Virus record (IMG/VR): IMGVR_UViG_3300038312_000089
Source of the DNA: an uncultured virus (IMG/VR IMGVR_UViG_3300038312_000089)
Lineage: Duplodnaviria > Heunggongvirae > Uroviricota > Caudoviricetes
Reading direction: 5' to 3' (one strand)
DNA: 64,000 nt
The position numbers and the translations under genes were made by a program. Positions 9,829-19,041 of this stretch are shown here, in pieces; within the stretch, counting starts at the first letter, position 1; each line of letters starts with the position of its first letter. Under the pieces are notes generated by a model, which saw nothing but the letters and a program-made list of their open reading frames with translations, ran no database searches and had not been told where the DNA came from.

Positions 9829-10391
9829 GTAAAGAAATAAAAGTACCATTGGATGTTGCTCGGTATCAGGCTCATAGATTGCTGGATCTGCTGGAGCCAG
9901 TATGTGAGCGGATTGAGATTGCGGGATCCATCAGACGGCAATGCCTGGAAGTAGGGGATATCGAGCTCGTAGCTATCCCCAAACCTACCCGGGGCTTGTT
10001 TTTCCATAAATGGGACACCCAGATAATCATTGACAGGATTTTTGAGATTGATAAGCTGAGTTTTCTACGAGAGTCTGACGAACCGCTGTTTACCAAACGC
10101 GGTGAATGGTACGCCCAGTTTACGATATTTGGCATGAAGGTTGACCTTTTCATGACTACACCCGAGAAGTGGGGTTGCATCTTCATGATCAGGACTGGCT
10201 CCGCAGATTTCTCGAAGCGGATGATGACAAAGAAATCGGGGGGCGGCTACTGCCCGGATCATCTGTACTTCAAGAATGGAAGATTGTGGGATGGCGAAGA
10301 GGTTCTGGATACACCTGAAGAGGATGATGTTTTCAGGCTGTTAGGCGTTCCCTGGATGGATCCGGTAGAGAGGAGCGTGAGAGATGAGTGA
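9825..10391 (+). CDS. Minimal PolX/Pol-beta-like nucleotidyltransferase (palm and thumb only)
   Basis: [40 protein letters not shown]. Confidence 0.85.
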   Translation: MSKEIKVPLDVARYQAHRLLDLLEPVCERIEIAGSIRRQCLEVGDIELVAIPKPTRGLFFHKWDTQIIIDRIFEIDKLSFLRESDEPLFTKRGEWYAQFTIFGMKVDLFMTTPEKWGCIFMIRTGSADFSKRMMTKKSGGGYCPDHLYFKNGRLWDGEEVLDTPEEDDVFRLLGVPWMDPVERSVRDE

Positions 10392-10701
10392 AAAAACTAT
10401 TGAGGAATTGGAATCAGAAATTGAATGTTTGCGCAAAGAAGTTTCTTACTGCGAGGGAATGATGGGTTGGGGGCGCGACTTTGTATTTTGGAGTGCCAAA
10501 CGGTCAGTATGTTTAGACAAAATTGAAACAATAGAGGCAGAAATTAGGAGACGAGGCAAATGAACAGATGGCGTGCCGAATACGATGATGGGATAAGTGT
10601 GCCGTATGAGGCTTTGAAAAAGTTGGTTAAACGTGTACGAAAGGAGCGTGAGAGATGAGTGAAATGTCAGACAATTTTAAGCAGTTGCGGAAGGGGGCGG
10701 C

Positions 10702-11046
10702 GTGAGTAGTCAGAATAAGCCGACAATCGCTGAATTAGCCGCTCAGTACAAGGCGCGTGGATACGCGGATTATTACGCCTGGGACCGCTACATTGCAGAT
10801 ACTGGATTGAATCCGATGGTAGACGCGAAAGAGTTTTATCGCATTTATGCCAACATTACGGCTGAAATTGTTGGACCCAAGCTACCGGCAAGTTGGGTCC
10901 CAACGCACATTGACACGTTGTGTGGTCGTCAGGTCCAGATAAAACACGAGAATGGCGTTTATTTTATGGTGTGGGATAACGGCGTGACTGGCAGCGATCC
11001 GGACGCTTTGCACCCTGCCGACAGATATGCGGAGGTGCAACAATGA
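10702..11046 (+). CDS. Hypothetical protein
   Basis: ORF with RBS in the early-gene cluster. Confidence 0.5.
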   Translation: MSSQNKPTIAELAAQYKARGYADYYAWDRYIADTGLNPMVDAKEFYRIYANITAEIVGPKLPASWVPTHIDTLCGRQVQIKHENGVYFMVWDNGVTGSDPDALHPADRYAEVQQ

Positions 11047-11295
11047 CCCTACTCGACATAGCAATCGTGATTGTTGCGCTTGTGGGAATTGTGCAGCTCG
11101 TGCTGTGTTTGATGGGTGAAGAATGAGCATATCTGAAATTGTAGAATCCTACCGTGAGCAGTTGCTCGATTGGTACGCTCAAGGCAGATCATACTTCTGG
11201 ATGGCAATGCAGATCGGACTGTCAGACCGTTCGTCGTCTGCCGTGTCAGTTTGGTTCAGACGGCAGGGCATCTGGCGAAAACCGAAAGGGGAAAA

Positions 11296-11634
11296 GTGAG
11301 CGATAGCAAACTTGAAGACTTGTTCGCATTTCAGCTTGACGCGCTTGGGCTGACTGGTTATGTCCGAGAATATCCGGCGATACCAGGGCGCAAGTTCCGT
11401 TACGATTTCGCGTTTGTGAAGGAGCGGCTGCTGGTCGAGGTGAATGGCGGAACGTACGCGAAGGGTGCACATTCTACCGGTCAAGGGATCGCACGGGACT
11501 ACGAGAAAATCCGATTGGGGCAGGATTGCGGATGGAAGGTGTACCCGTTTGATGGCAAGGCGATCAAGAGCGGTGAAGCGGTTGAAGTAATCAGGCAGGC
11601 ATTGGAGATAAATGAAAATTCCGACATTCGATGA
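11296..11634 (+). CDS. PD-(D/E)xK endonuclease (DUF559/Vsr-like)
   Basis: REY...RKFRYDFA...LLVEVNGG...H...RDYEK...GW. Confidence 0.8.
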   Translation: MSDSKLEDLFAFQLDALGLTGYVREYPAIPGRKFRYDFAFVKERLLVEVNGGTYAKGAHSTGQGIARDYEKIRLGQDCGWKVYPFDGKAIKSGEAVEVIRQALEINENSDIR

Positions 11635-11765
11635 AATGATAATTGGCAAAACTATGATCGTCAAAGTTAAAATACCGGATAAGTATGTGTTGAGGTACGC
11701 ATTTGCGCGATTTCTAATCCGGTTGGCAGCAAGGGTGCTGGGTTGCCGCATTAAGTTGGAGTCGC

Positions 11766-11951
11766 TTGACCAATCCGGCGGCTGAAATATGCCGGATGCT
11801 CGATGAGGAATCCTTACGGGTACTCGTCACAGCATTACGGGCGATCACAGACAGCCCGGAAGGTTACGGCACAATCGAAGTAAACGTAGCGAAAAGGCAG
11901 GTCAACAACGTCAAGGTAACAACGAGCCTGAAGGCGCATAGAGACGAATAA
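11766..11951 (+). CDS. Small DUF2292-like protein
   Basis: GYGTIEVNV...VKVTTSLK; lies directly before a structured leader. Confidence 0.45.
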   Translation: MTNPAAEICRMLDEESLRVLVTALRAITDSPEGYGTIEVNVAKRQVNNVKVTTSLKAHRDE

Positions 11952-12004
11952 TTAGCAAGTTACAACTGAATAGCAGTACCAAAGCGTGACTCACGCGGAA
12001 CATA

Positions 12005-12057
12005 ACCCGGAGTCGTTTCCACAAAACAAGTGGAGCGGCTTCGGGTCTTTTTATTTA
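12005..12057 (+). terminator. Intrinsic terminator/attenuator before the phage A late region
   Basis: ACCCGGAGTCGTTTCCAC/GTGGAGCGGCTTCGGGT stem plus T-tract. Confidence 0.75.
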
Positions 12058-12072
12058 ACTTTGGAGACGAAA

Positions 12073-12312
12073 ATGGAAATTGAAGGGTATGAGATAGACG
12101 ACTTATTTGACAGCGAGAATCTGGAAAGTATTGAGCGCAAGATTGACTTTGAACGGTTGCTCTCGACATTGAGCGAGCGAGACCGGCGCATTGCGGTGCT
12201 TTATGCGTTTGGGCATACGCAGGAAGAGATTGGGGTGATTGTGGGGCTTACACACCAGCACATTAGTCGAGTTTTGGCAAATATGTGCAAAAGTACCCTT
12301 GAAACTCGATAG
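12073..12312 (+). CDS. Sigma70 region-4-like HTH protein (possible late regulator)
   Basis: LSERDRRIAVL...GHTQEEIG..VGLTHQHISRVL. Confidence 0.75.
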   Translation: MEIEGYEIDDLFDSENLESIERKIDFERLLSTLSERDRRIAVLYAFGHTQEEIGVIVGLTHQHISRVLANMCKSTLETR

Positions 12313-12621
12313 AGAATAGGAGCACATTAATGGTGAGAAATTGTGTTTGTGGCAAACCTATCCCACATAACCGGCAGCTGTGCGCCAGCTGCATTATTGA
12401 ACATGGCAGTGATCAGACGAAATGGGCTGAATGGTTGAAGTTTTGGGTGCAGGATTATCAAAGGGAACTCGACTGTGAAAATATGCACCGTCACCTCTCG
12501 ATTGATGTGAACGATGGCATTGTAGAGACAAAGCCGATATTCAAGCTCAATGGTTGTCGCACTGAAACGCACTTGTACGAGGATCGGGAAAAATATTAGC
12601 CGTTACGAAGACAGCAGGTAT

Positions 12622-12732
12622 TCGAGCTATGGGGCTTGCCGGCGAGCCTAATCACCGGCATTGAATTATTAGTCATCGCAAAGACACTGTTCATCGAGCT
12701 ATGGGGCTTGCCGGCGAGCCTTATCACCGGCA
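12622..12732 (+). repeat. Two 39-nt direct repeats (72-nt period), each a predicted H-type pseudoknot
   Basis: TCGAGCTATGGGGCTTGCCGGCGAGCCT(A/T)ATCACCGGCA at 12622 and 12694. Confidence 0.85.
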
Positions 12733-13000
12733 ATTGATAACTGGAGAAAAAATGATTGGGAGCAAAAACAAATTCTGCAGTTCAGAAAACATCTTCACAG
12801 ATGATTTCATCGAAAAAGAATTGCAATTGATTGATAAAGCTGAATCGAAGGATGTGCCAGAATTCACAACAGCCCGTGATGATGCTTTGATGTATTTTGA
12901 AGAGGCACTGAAGAGGATCAGAGCGCTTGAATATGAACTGGCAGAGATGAATAAGCTTTGTATAACCATTGTGAAGAATTTTTTGCACGGAGGCTAACTA

Positions 13001-13333
13001 ATGGATTTTGACGTAACGGTATTAGGCATTGTGATCGGCTTTATGGTACTCGCGAACCGTTTGGTTGCCGCGCTTATCACGCCGGTGTTTGACAAGTACG
13101 GCTGGGACAAGTTCTGGCTGATGTTCGTGAGTTGGGCTATCGCAGGCGTGCTTGTTTGGCTTGCTGACATCAACCTATTCGCGGCTTACTTCCCCTCCGA
13201 GTTAGTAGGCAAGATTCTGACCGCGATTGTGGCAGGTGGCGGCGCAAATTTGCTTCACGATCTGTCCCAAACATCTTCAATCAGCATATTCAAGTTATCC
13301 GCTGAAGACGATGACGAAGAGGCTGCCGGATGA
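13001..13333 (+). CDS. Holin-like membrane protein
   Basis: Three hydrophobic segments, GGGANLLHDL motif. Confidence 0.7.
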   Translation: MDFDVTVLGIVIGFMVLANRLVAALITPVFDKYGWDKFWLMFVSWAIAGVLVWLADINLFAAYFPSELVGKILTAIVAGGGANLLHDLSQTSSISIFKLSAEDDDEEAAG

Positions 13334-13385
13334 CGGGCGGCGAGTTCGTCCTTGCGATAGTCACGTCAATTCTCGGAGGAAAGTA

Positions 13386-13769
13386 ATGGAGTGGATGCCA
13401 GTTTTATCAAAGGTTTTAGAAGCGATTTTGATCGCGATTTTGCCGCCACTTGTGGCATTTCTTGTCAGTGTCGGGCTGGCTTATGCGAAGCGAGTTTGGG
13501 GCGACCTGAAGCAGCGTTACCCAACCGTGACCGAGTTGATCGAAGAAGCTGCGGTGTTTGCAGTGCAGGCTGCAGAACAAGCCGGCGCTGGAAAGCTGAT
13601 CGAGGATAAGAAAAAATACGCGATTCAAATTGCCGAAGCGTGGCTTGCAGCAAATCACATTACTACAGATTTACATTTGATTGACGCTGCGATTGAAAAA
13701 GCCGTGCTGGAGCTGTTCAATAGCGATGAAGTGCTGGAGCCACTTGGCTTTAAGGAAACTTCCGGATGA
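13386..13769 (+). CDS. LL-H-family holin
   Basis: N-terminal TM; AVQAAEQ...KKKYA...IDAAIEKAV. Confidence 0.8.
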   Translation: MEWMPVLSKVLEAILIAILPPLVAFLVSVGLAYAKRVWGDLKQRYPTVTELIEEAAVFAVQAAEQAGAGKLIEDKKKYAIQIAEAWLAANHITTDLHLIDAAIEKAVLELFNSDEVLEPLGFKETSG

Positions 13770-14143
13770 CGGGGGCGGAAGTTATCCCCCAGATTGCCTG
13801 GGAACAGGCCGTCTACGTTAGTTTATTTATCGTGCTGATTGTTGTTCTGATCAACTGGTTTAGTAAGCAAAGCGACAAGTGGCAGCAGTTTATCGAGGCA
13901 TCCAACGAAAAATGGCGTGCGTTCAGCGAGAAACAGCGCAATGAAAACAATTACGCGATGGGCGACGTGAACGAGAGCCTATCGAATCTGACACGGACAA
14001 CCGGTGATCTGGCTCGCTCGGTTGAAGAGATGCGCTCGGATATTAACGCTCACGATCAGCAAGCGAAAGAGATTCTTGCGCTCGTGTCGAAGCCGCAGCC
14101 GAAGCCACGTGCGAAGAAGACGGTTGCGAATGACGGTCAATAA
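13766..14143 (+). CDS. Membrane-anchored coiled-coil lysis-module protein
   Basis: N-terminal TM plus coiled coil; coupled to the holin. Confidence 0.55.
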   Translation: MTGAEVIPQIAWEQAVYVSLFIVLIVVLINWFSKQSDKWQQFIEASNEKWRAFSEKQRNENNYAMGDVNESLSNLTRTTGDLARSVEEMRSDINAHDQQAKEILALVSKPQPKPRAKKTVANDGQ

Positions 14144-14402
14144 TTCCGGCGGGCGTGAATGCTTGTGGACTTACGAGCGGATGTTGCGGATGACGAGGGT
14201 CGTTTGGCAGAGACAGTAGCAGTCGAGTTTGAAGCAGAGATGCGGCAAGTCAAGTCAATGGCAGACGGCACGTACAACCTTGTGCTGAATGTGCCGGAGT
14301 ATTGCTTGCCACAGGTTCAAACGATGATGGGCTGGTTGAAAAGCCTTATTCGCGTTGTTATGGCTGAAGAGCAATAGTTCATAAGTGCAGGACTAAAAAA
14401 GA

Positions 14403-14765
14403 GTGGCAAAGACCGAGAAGTTCACACCCGACGAAATTATTCAGGCTATTGAAAAGTCTGAATATGGTACGCCGTCTGAAATTGCTGACGCGCTGGGATG
14501 TTCGGATCGAACTATTTACAAATACATCGAACGCTATGAAACAGTAAAGAGCGCAATCGGTTTGCGAAAAGAACGCCAAAAAGATTATGTCGTAGGCAAA
14601 CTGTTTTCTGAAATCAAAAAAGGCAATATCACTGCAATTATTTTCTACCTGAAAACGCAAGCCAAAGACAGGGGCTACGTTGAGCGGCAGGAAGTGACGG
14701 GGGCGGATTCAAGTCCGATCGAGTTGATTGTCAAGTATGCAGACAAAAAGCCAAGTGGCGAGTAG
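14403..14765 (+). CDS. terS: Terminase small subunit (HTH)
   Basis: HTH; AIIFYLKTQAKDRGYVERQEVTG; precedes TerL. Confidence 0.8.
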   Translation: MAKTEKFTPDEIIQAIEKSEYGTPSEIADALGCSDRTIYKYIERYETVKSAIGLRKERQKDYVVGKLFSEIKKGNITAIIFYLKTQAKDRGYVERQEVTGADSSPIELIVKYADKKPSGE

Positions 14766-15999
14766 GCAATATGTGCTTACGCTGCCAAACCCTCATTCGG
14801 CGCAATTGGAGTTCATTGACTCGCCGGCAAAGCGCAAGATTATCCGCGCTGGCAGGCGTGGCGGTAAGACGGTTGGAATGGCGATCTATGCCGTCAAGAA
14901 GTTTCTGGATGGACGGCGCGTTCTCTACGCCGCACCAACAGCCGACCAGCTTGGTAGGTTTTGGGTTGAAGTAACACGCGCTTTGATGCCGGCAATTGAT
15001 GCAGGCGTACTTTACAAAAATGAAACGGATCACATTATCGAGCGGACTGGCACGGAACAAAGGATCAGGGCAAAGACAGCATACAACGCGGACACGTTGC
15101 GCGGCGATTATGCGGACTTGCTCATTCTGGACGAGTTCCAGCTTATGAGCGAGGACACTTGGAACGCGGTAGGCGCGCCTATGCTTCTGGATAACAACGG
15201 CGATGCGGTATTTATTTACACGCCGCCGTCATTGCACTCACGATCTGCAAGCAAGGCAAACGACCCTCAACACGCCGCCAAGATGTTCAAGCGCGCGGCG
15301 GCTGACACGTCTGGCAGGTGGTCAACCTTTACATTCTCCAGCCATGAGAATCCGTATTTGAGCAAGGTTGCGCTGGAAGAAATAACCAGCGACATGACCG
15401 CGCTTGCGTACCGTCAAGAAATTCTGGCGGATGATGTGGACGAAGTACCAGGAGCGTTATGGTCACGCGTTCGAATTGACGAAAGCAGGGTGACCAACTT
15501 TCCCGATCTTACCCGCGTGGTTATTGGCGTTGACCCTACTGCAAGCGCAGGCGGGGACGAGGCCGGCATTGTGACTTGTGGAATGAGCGGATCTGACTAT
15601 TACACATTGTCGGACGATAGCCGGCAAGGCACGCCGCAAGAGTGGGCAAGCGCGGCGGTTGCGGCTTACCACAGGCATAAGGCGGACTGCATCGTGGCGG
15701 AAAAGAACAACGGCGGCGATATGGTCGAAGCGGTCATCAAGCAAGTTGACCCGAATGTGAACGTTAAGTTAGTTTGGGCATCACGCGGCAAGGTGACACG
15801 CGCAGAACCAATCGCGGCAATTGCAGAACAAGGGCGCGACCACCACGTTGGATATTTTCCGCAATTGGAAGACGAATTGTGCATGTGGCTACCAGGCGAG
15901 GCAAGCCCGAACCGGCTGGACGCGAAGGTGTGGGCATTGACGGAATTATCAGGCGGATCACAGGTAAGCGTAATCAAGAATCCGTTTTATGAATATTAA
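14728..15999 (+). CDS. terL: Terminase large subunit
   Basis: AGRRGGKT Walker A, LILDE Walker B, GVDP nuclease motif, SPNRLDA. Confidence 0.95.
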   Translation: MSSMQTKSQVASRQYVLTLPNPHSAQLEFIDSPAKRKIIRAGRRGGKTVGMAIYAVKKFLDGRRVLYAAPTADQLGRFWVEVTRALMPAIDAGVLYKNETDHIIERTGTEQRIRAKTAYNADTLRGDYADLLILDEFQLMSEDTWNAVGAPMLLDNNGDAVFIYTPPSLHSRSASKANDPQHAAKMFKRAAADTSGRWSTFTFSSHENPYLSKVALEEITSDMTALAYRQEILADDVDEVPGALWSRVRIDESRVTNFPDLTRVVIGVDPTASAGGDEAGIVTCGMSGSDYYTLSDDSRQGTPQEWASAAVAAYHRHKADCIVAEKNNGGDMVEAVIKQVDPNVNVKLVWASRGKVTRAEPIAAIAEQGRDHHVGYFPQLEDELCMWLPGEASPNRLDAKVWALTELSGGSQVSVIKNPFYEY

Positions 16000-16011
16000 A
16001 AGCGAGGCGTT

Positions 16012-17355
16012 ATGGGCGTAATGGACAATTTCAGAAACTGGCTGCTTGAACCGCTACTTGGACGTGAGGCTGTGGAGCGTGCAAGCGCTTCTACGCTCAA
16101 GCGGGAATACAGGCGTGGGCAGCACAAAGCACCCATCAAGAGCGCGGACGATGCCATCATTGTCAACTTCATTGGCTTACTGGTGGACAGGTCGGTTGCC
16201 AATTTGTTCGGCAAAGAGCCGGAGTTTGACCTTCCAGGTGAAAGCGATTCACTTCAGCAAATTTACATTGACGAGGTATGGCGTACCAACCGCAAGATGC
16301 ACCTGCTCAAGCAATCGGCTGTGTACGGTGCTGAATCAGGCACGTGCTATGTCAAGATACTGCCAGATGCTGCTGTCACAAAAGAGGGCAAACTAATACC
16401 ACGACTGGTTGTGTTGGATCCTGCAACCGTCACAATGGACGCGTTACCAGAGGACATTGACACGATCTATCGCTACACCATCGCGTACACGCTTATTGAC
16501 CCTGTTACCAACAAGGAAAAGGGATTCCGACAAGTCACCGAGCACGACATTGAGAGCGGTTACTGGAATATCACCGACTACGAATCTATCAACGGTGCAA
16601 AGTGGACGGTAACGAATGAACAGGTGTGGGAATGGGACTTCGCGCCGATCGTGCATTGGCACAACCTGCCGGATGTGGGGAGCGTGTACGGGCGACCGGA
16701 CATTACCGCAGACCTGATTGACTTGCAGGACAAGATCAACTTCGTATCCAGCAACACCGCGAAGATCATCAAATATCACGCCTATCCCAAAACGTGGGCG
16801 CGTGGATTCCAGAACTCCGGCAAGATCGCGTGGGGTGTTGACGAGATGATCACAACATCCGATTCCAACGCGCTCATTCAGAACCTCGAAATGCAGTCTG
16901 ATTTGAGTTCGTCATTGAGTTTCATCCGCTACTTGCGACAAGCCTTGTTTGACGTGAGCAGAGCGGTTGACATTGACTCAATGGCTGACAAGTTAGGCAG
17001 TTTAACGAACTTTGGCTTGCGGGTGTTGTATCAGGACGCCTTGAGCAAGCTCGAAGAGAAACGCGGCTTATATGGCGAGGGCATTATCGAGATCAACCAC
17101 CGATTGTTGGAACTTGCGGGTGCGCCTGACAAGGACGGCGGCGAGGTAGTATGGCCGGACGTTATGCCTGAGAATGAGAGCGAACTGTCACAGGCGATCA
17201 AGACCGACTTGGAACTTGGATTAGTCAGCAAGCAGACAGCAGCAGGCAAGCGCGGCTACACGTGGGCGGATGAAGAAGAGCGGATGACCGGCGAGAAGGC
17301 GGCTAACGACAACATCGGTGCCGCGTTGTTACGAGCGTTTGGGCAAGGGGAATAA
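16012..17355 (+). CDS. Portal protein (SPP1 gp6-like)
   Basis: 447 aa directly after TerL; PIVHWHN...YG..D..DLIDLQDKIN. Confidence 0.85.
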   Translation: MGVMDNFRNWLLEPLLGREAVERASASTLKREYRRGQHKAPIKSADDAIIVNFIGLLVDRSVANLFGKEPEFDLPGESDSLQQIYIDEVWRTNRKMHLLKQSAVYGAESGTCYVKILPDAAVTKEGKLIPRLVVLDPATVTMDALPEDIDTIYRYTIAYTLIDPVTNKEKGFRQVTEHDIESGYWNITDYESINGAKWTVTNEQVWEWDFAPIVHWHNLPDVGSVYGRPDITADLIDLQDKINFVSSNTAKIIKYHAYPKTWARGFQNSGKIAWGVDEMITTSDSNALIQNLEMQSDLSSSLSFIRYLRQALFDVSRAVDIDSMADKLGSLTNFGLRVLYQDALSKLEEKRGLYGEGIIEINHRLLELAGAPDKDGGEVVWPDVMPENESELSQAIKTDLELGLVSKQTAAGKRGYTWADEEERMTGEKAANDNIGAALLRAFGQGE

Positions 17356-17847
17356 ATGGCAGGAATGAGACAATGCCCGGTTTGTGGCAAAGACTTTTAC
17401 GATGCGTCACCAAATAACACGAAAAGGACTTGCAGTAATAAATGCCGATACGCTTGGAATTATCGAGACCCTGAAAAAAGCTTTGATCGTAAATTCAAAA
17501 TGCGATTGCAGGTACTGAAACGCGAATATCACATTGTTTACGACACAGAAACAGTTGAGCGCATAAAGGTAGATGTAAAGACTGGCAAATGTATGACTTG
17601 CGGACGCGAACGCGCGGCAGATGAAAAAGATTTTCACATAGACCACGATCATATAACCGGAGCGTACAGGGGACTTTTATGCCCACGATGTAACACGTCT
17701 CTTGGGTATGCGAATGAAGATCCCACTCTGTTAGCTTCTTGGATTGTTTACTTGATGAAAAACAATGCACGGGGAATAGATTGGTCTGTGTTAGGGCGAT
17801 ACAGTATGCCAACTGATTTTTATGAAACGGTTTATGGAGCTGAATGA
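17356..17847 (+). CDS. Endonuclease VII-like free-standing nuclease
   Basis: CMTC...HIDHDHITGAYRGLLCPRCNTSLG. Confidence 0.85.
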   Translation: MAGMRQCPVCGKDFYDASPNNTKRTCSNKCRYAWNYRDPEKSFDRKFKMRLQVLKREYHIVYDTETVERIKVDVKTGKCMTCGRERAADEKDFHIDHDHITGAYRGLLCPRCNTSLGYANEDPTLLASWIVYLMKNNARGIDWSVLGRYSMPTDFYETVYGAE

Positions 17848-18020
17848 AAGACGAACATTGTTGTGAAAAGTGCGCGCAAAATCAAGAGGACGAACTTGAA
17901 AAGATAATCTCTTGCAAGTTGCTAACACCTAACGAAAAGGCCAGCATCATCGAAGCAAGGCGTATTACGAAACTTGCCGATGATTTTGCCCGCAAGTATG
18001 TCATGAGGAGTAACTAACTA

Positions 18021-19007
18021 ATGCCAACAGCAATTGACATCGCGATTGCGTTCAAGGCGGCGATTGACCGGCAAGACGCGGCGGCTCTCACAAGGCTTGC
18101 GAAGACGTACAACGGACTTTACAAGCGGTTATTGCCGAAGATGGATTCGCTTGTGCTGGCAATGAGCAAACTTGATAAGCCAACGAACGGACAGATCCAC
18201 CGGCTTGCGCAATACAAGTCATTGATGAGTTCGGTTGAAGACGAGTTGAAAAAGTACGCGGCTTATACCGAGTTAGAGATACGGGCGGAAACCAGGGCGG
18301 CTGCCGATCTTGCGGTGAAACAATCACAGGCGTATATGGCTCAATTCGGGCTGTCAATGGCGCAAAGCGTACCAACCGATGCCTTGATTAATATGCTGGG
18401 ATTCCTAAGTGAGGATAGCCCGTTATGGAAACGGTTGAGTATGTATAGCGCGGAGCATACGGCAAGGCTCGCAGACGCGCTCACAGAGGGAATTGCATTT
18501 GGATACAACCCGACTAAGGTTGCTAAAACGTTTGAGCGGATTATGGGCGGTGGTTTGACAGATGCAATGCGAATGACACGGACCTCGATGCTCTACGCTC
18601 ACAGGGAGGCAAGCAGGGCACAGTACATAGCGAACGCGGACATTATTGACGGGTGGACATGGTGGAGTTCGAGGGATGCCAGTACTTGTTTGGCTTGCCT
18701 ATCACAGCACGGCAAGGTGTTTCCGTTGAGCGAGCGAATGAGCGGACATTACAACTGCCGGTGCACTTCACTGCCGCATATAACCAGGTGGAGTGAGGCC
18801 AATCAATCAGGCGAAGACTGGTTCAAAGAGCAACCAGAAGCGATGCAGAAACAGATGATGGGGGCGCAAACGTGGGATGCCTGGCAAGGTGGGGCGTTCA
18901 AGTTTGACGAGTTTGCGACCCACAAACACGATGACATATACGGCGACATGTTGAGCAAAAAGCCGTTATGGGAATTATTGGGCGCAGAGCCGCCATATAC
19001 AAAATAA
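18021..19007 (+). CDS. MuF/SPP1 gp7-like minor head protein
   Basis: TCLAC..HG...HYNCRC motif. Confidence 0.85.
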   Translation: MPTAIDIAIAFKAAIDRQDAAALTRLAKTYNGLYKRLLPKMDSLVLAMSKLDKPTNGQIHRLAQYKSLMSSVEDELKKYAAYTELEIRAETRAAADLAVKQSQAYMAQFGLSMAQSVPTDALINMLGFLSEDSPLWKRLSMYSAEHTARLADALTEGIAFGYNPTKVAKTFERIMGGGLTDAMRMTRTSMLYAHREASRAQYIANADIIDGWTWWSSRDASTCLACLSQHGKVFPLSERMSGHYNCRCTSLPHITRWSEANQSGEDWFKEQPEAMQKQMMGAQTWDAWQGGAFKFDEFATHKHDDIYGDMLSKKPLWELLGAEPPYTK

Positions 19008-19041
19008 TTGAGCCGCGAGAGCGGAAACTACGGAGGATTAA

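Noticed and set aside
12673..12682. TCATCGCAAA in phage A matching the target of the phage B tRNA-like RNA
   Set aside because: Only 10 nt; plausible by chance in 64 kb and absent from the other repeat unit
12622..12732. CRISPR mini-array (39-nt repeat, 33-nt spacer)
   Set aside because: Only two repeats, the intervening and upstream segments resemble each other (tandem duplication), and no cas operon is present; cannot be fully excluded without a repeat search
13328..13787. Selenocysteine or readthrough signals at TGA plus hairpin
   Set aside because: The hairpins include the stop itself and the TGA overlaps an ATG, which fits ordinary coupling; no selenoprotein context
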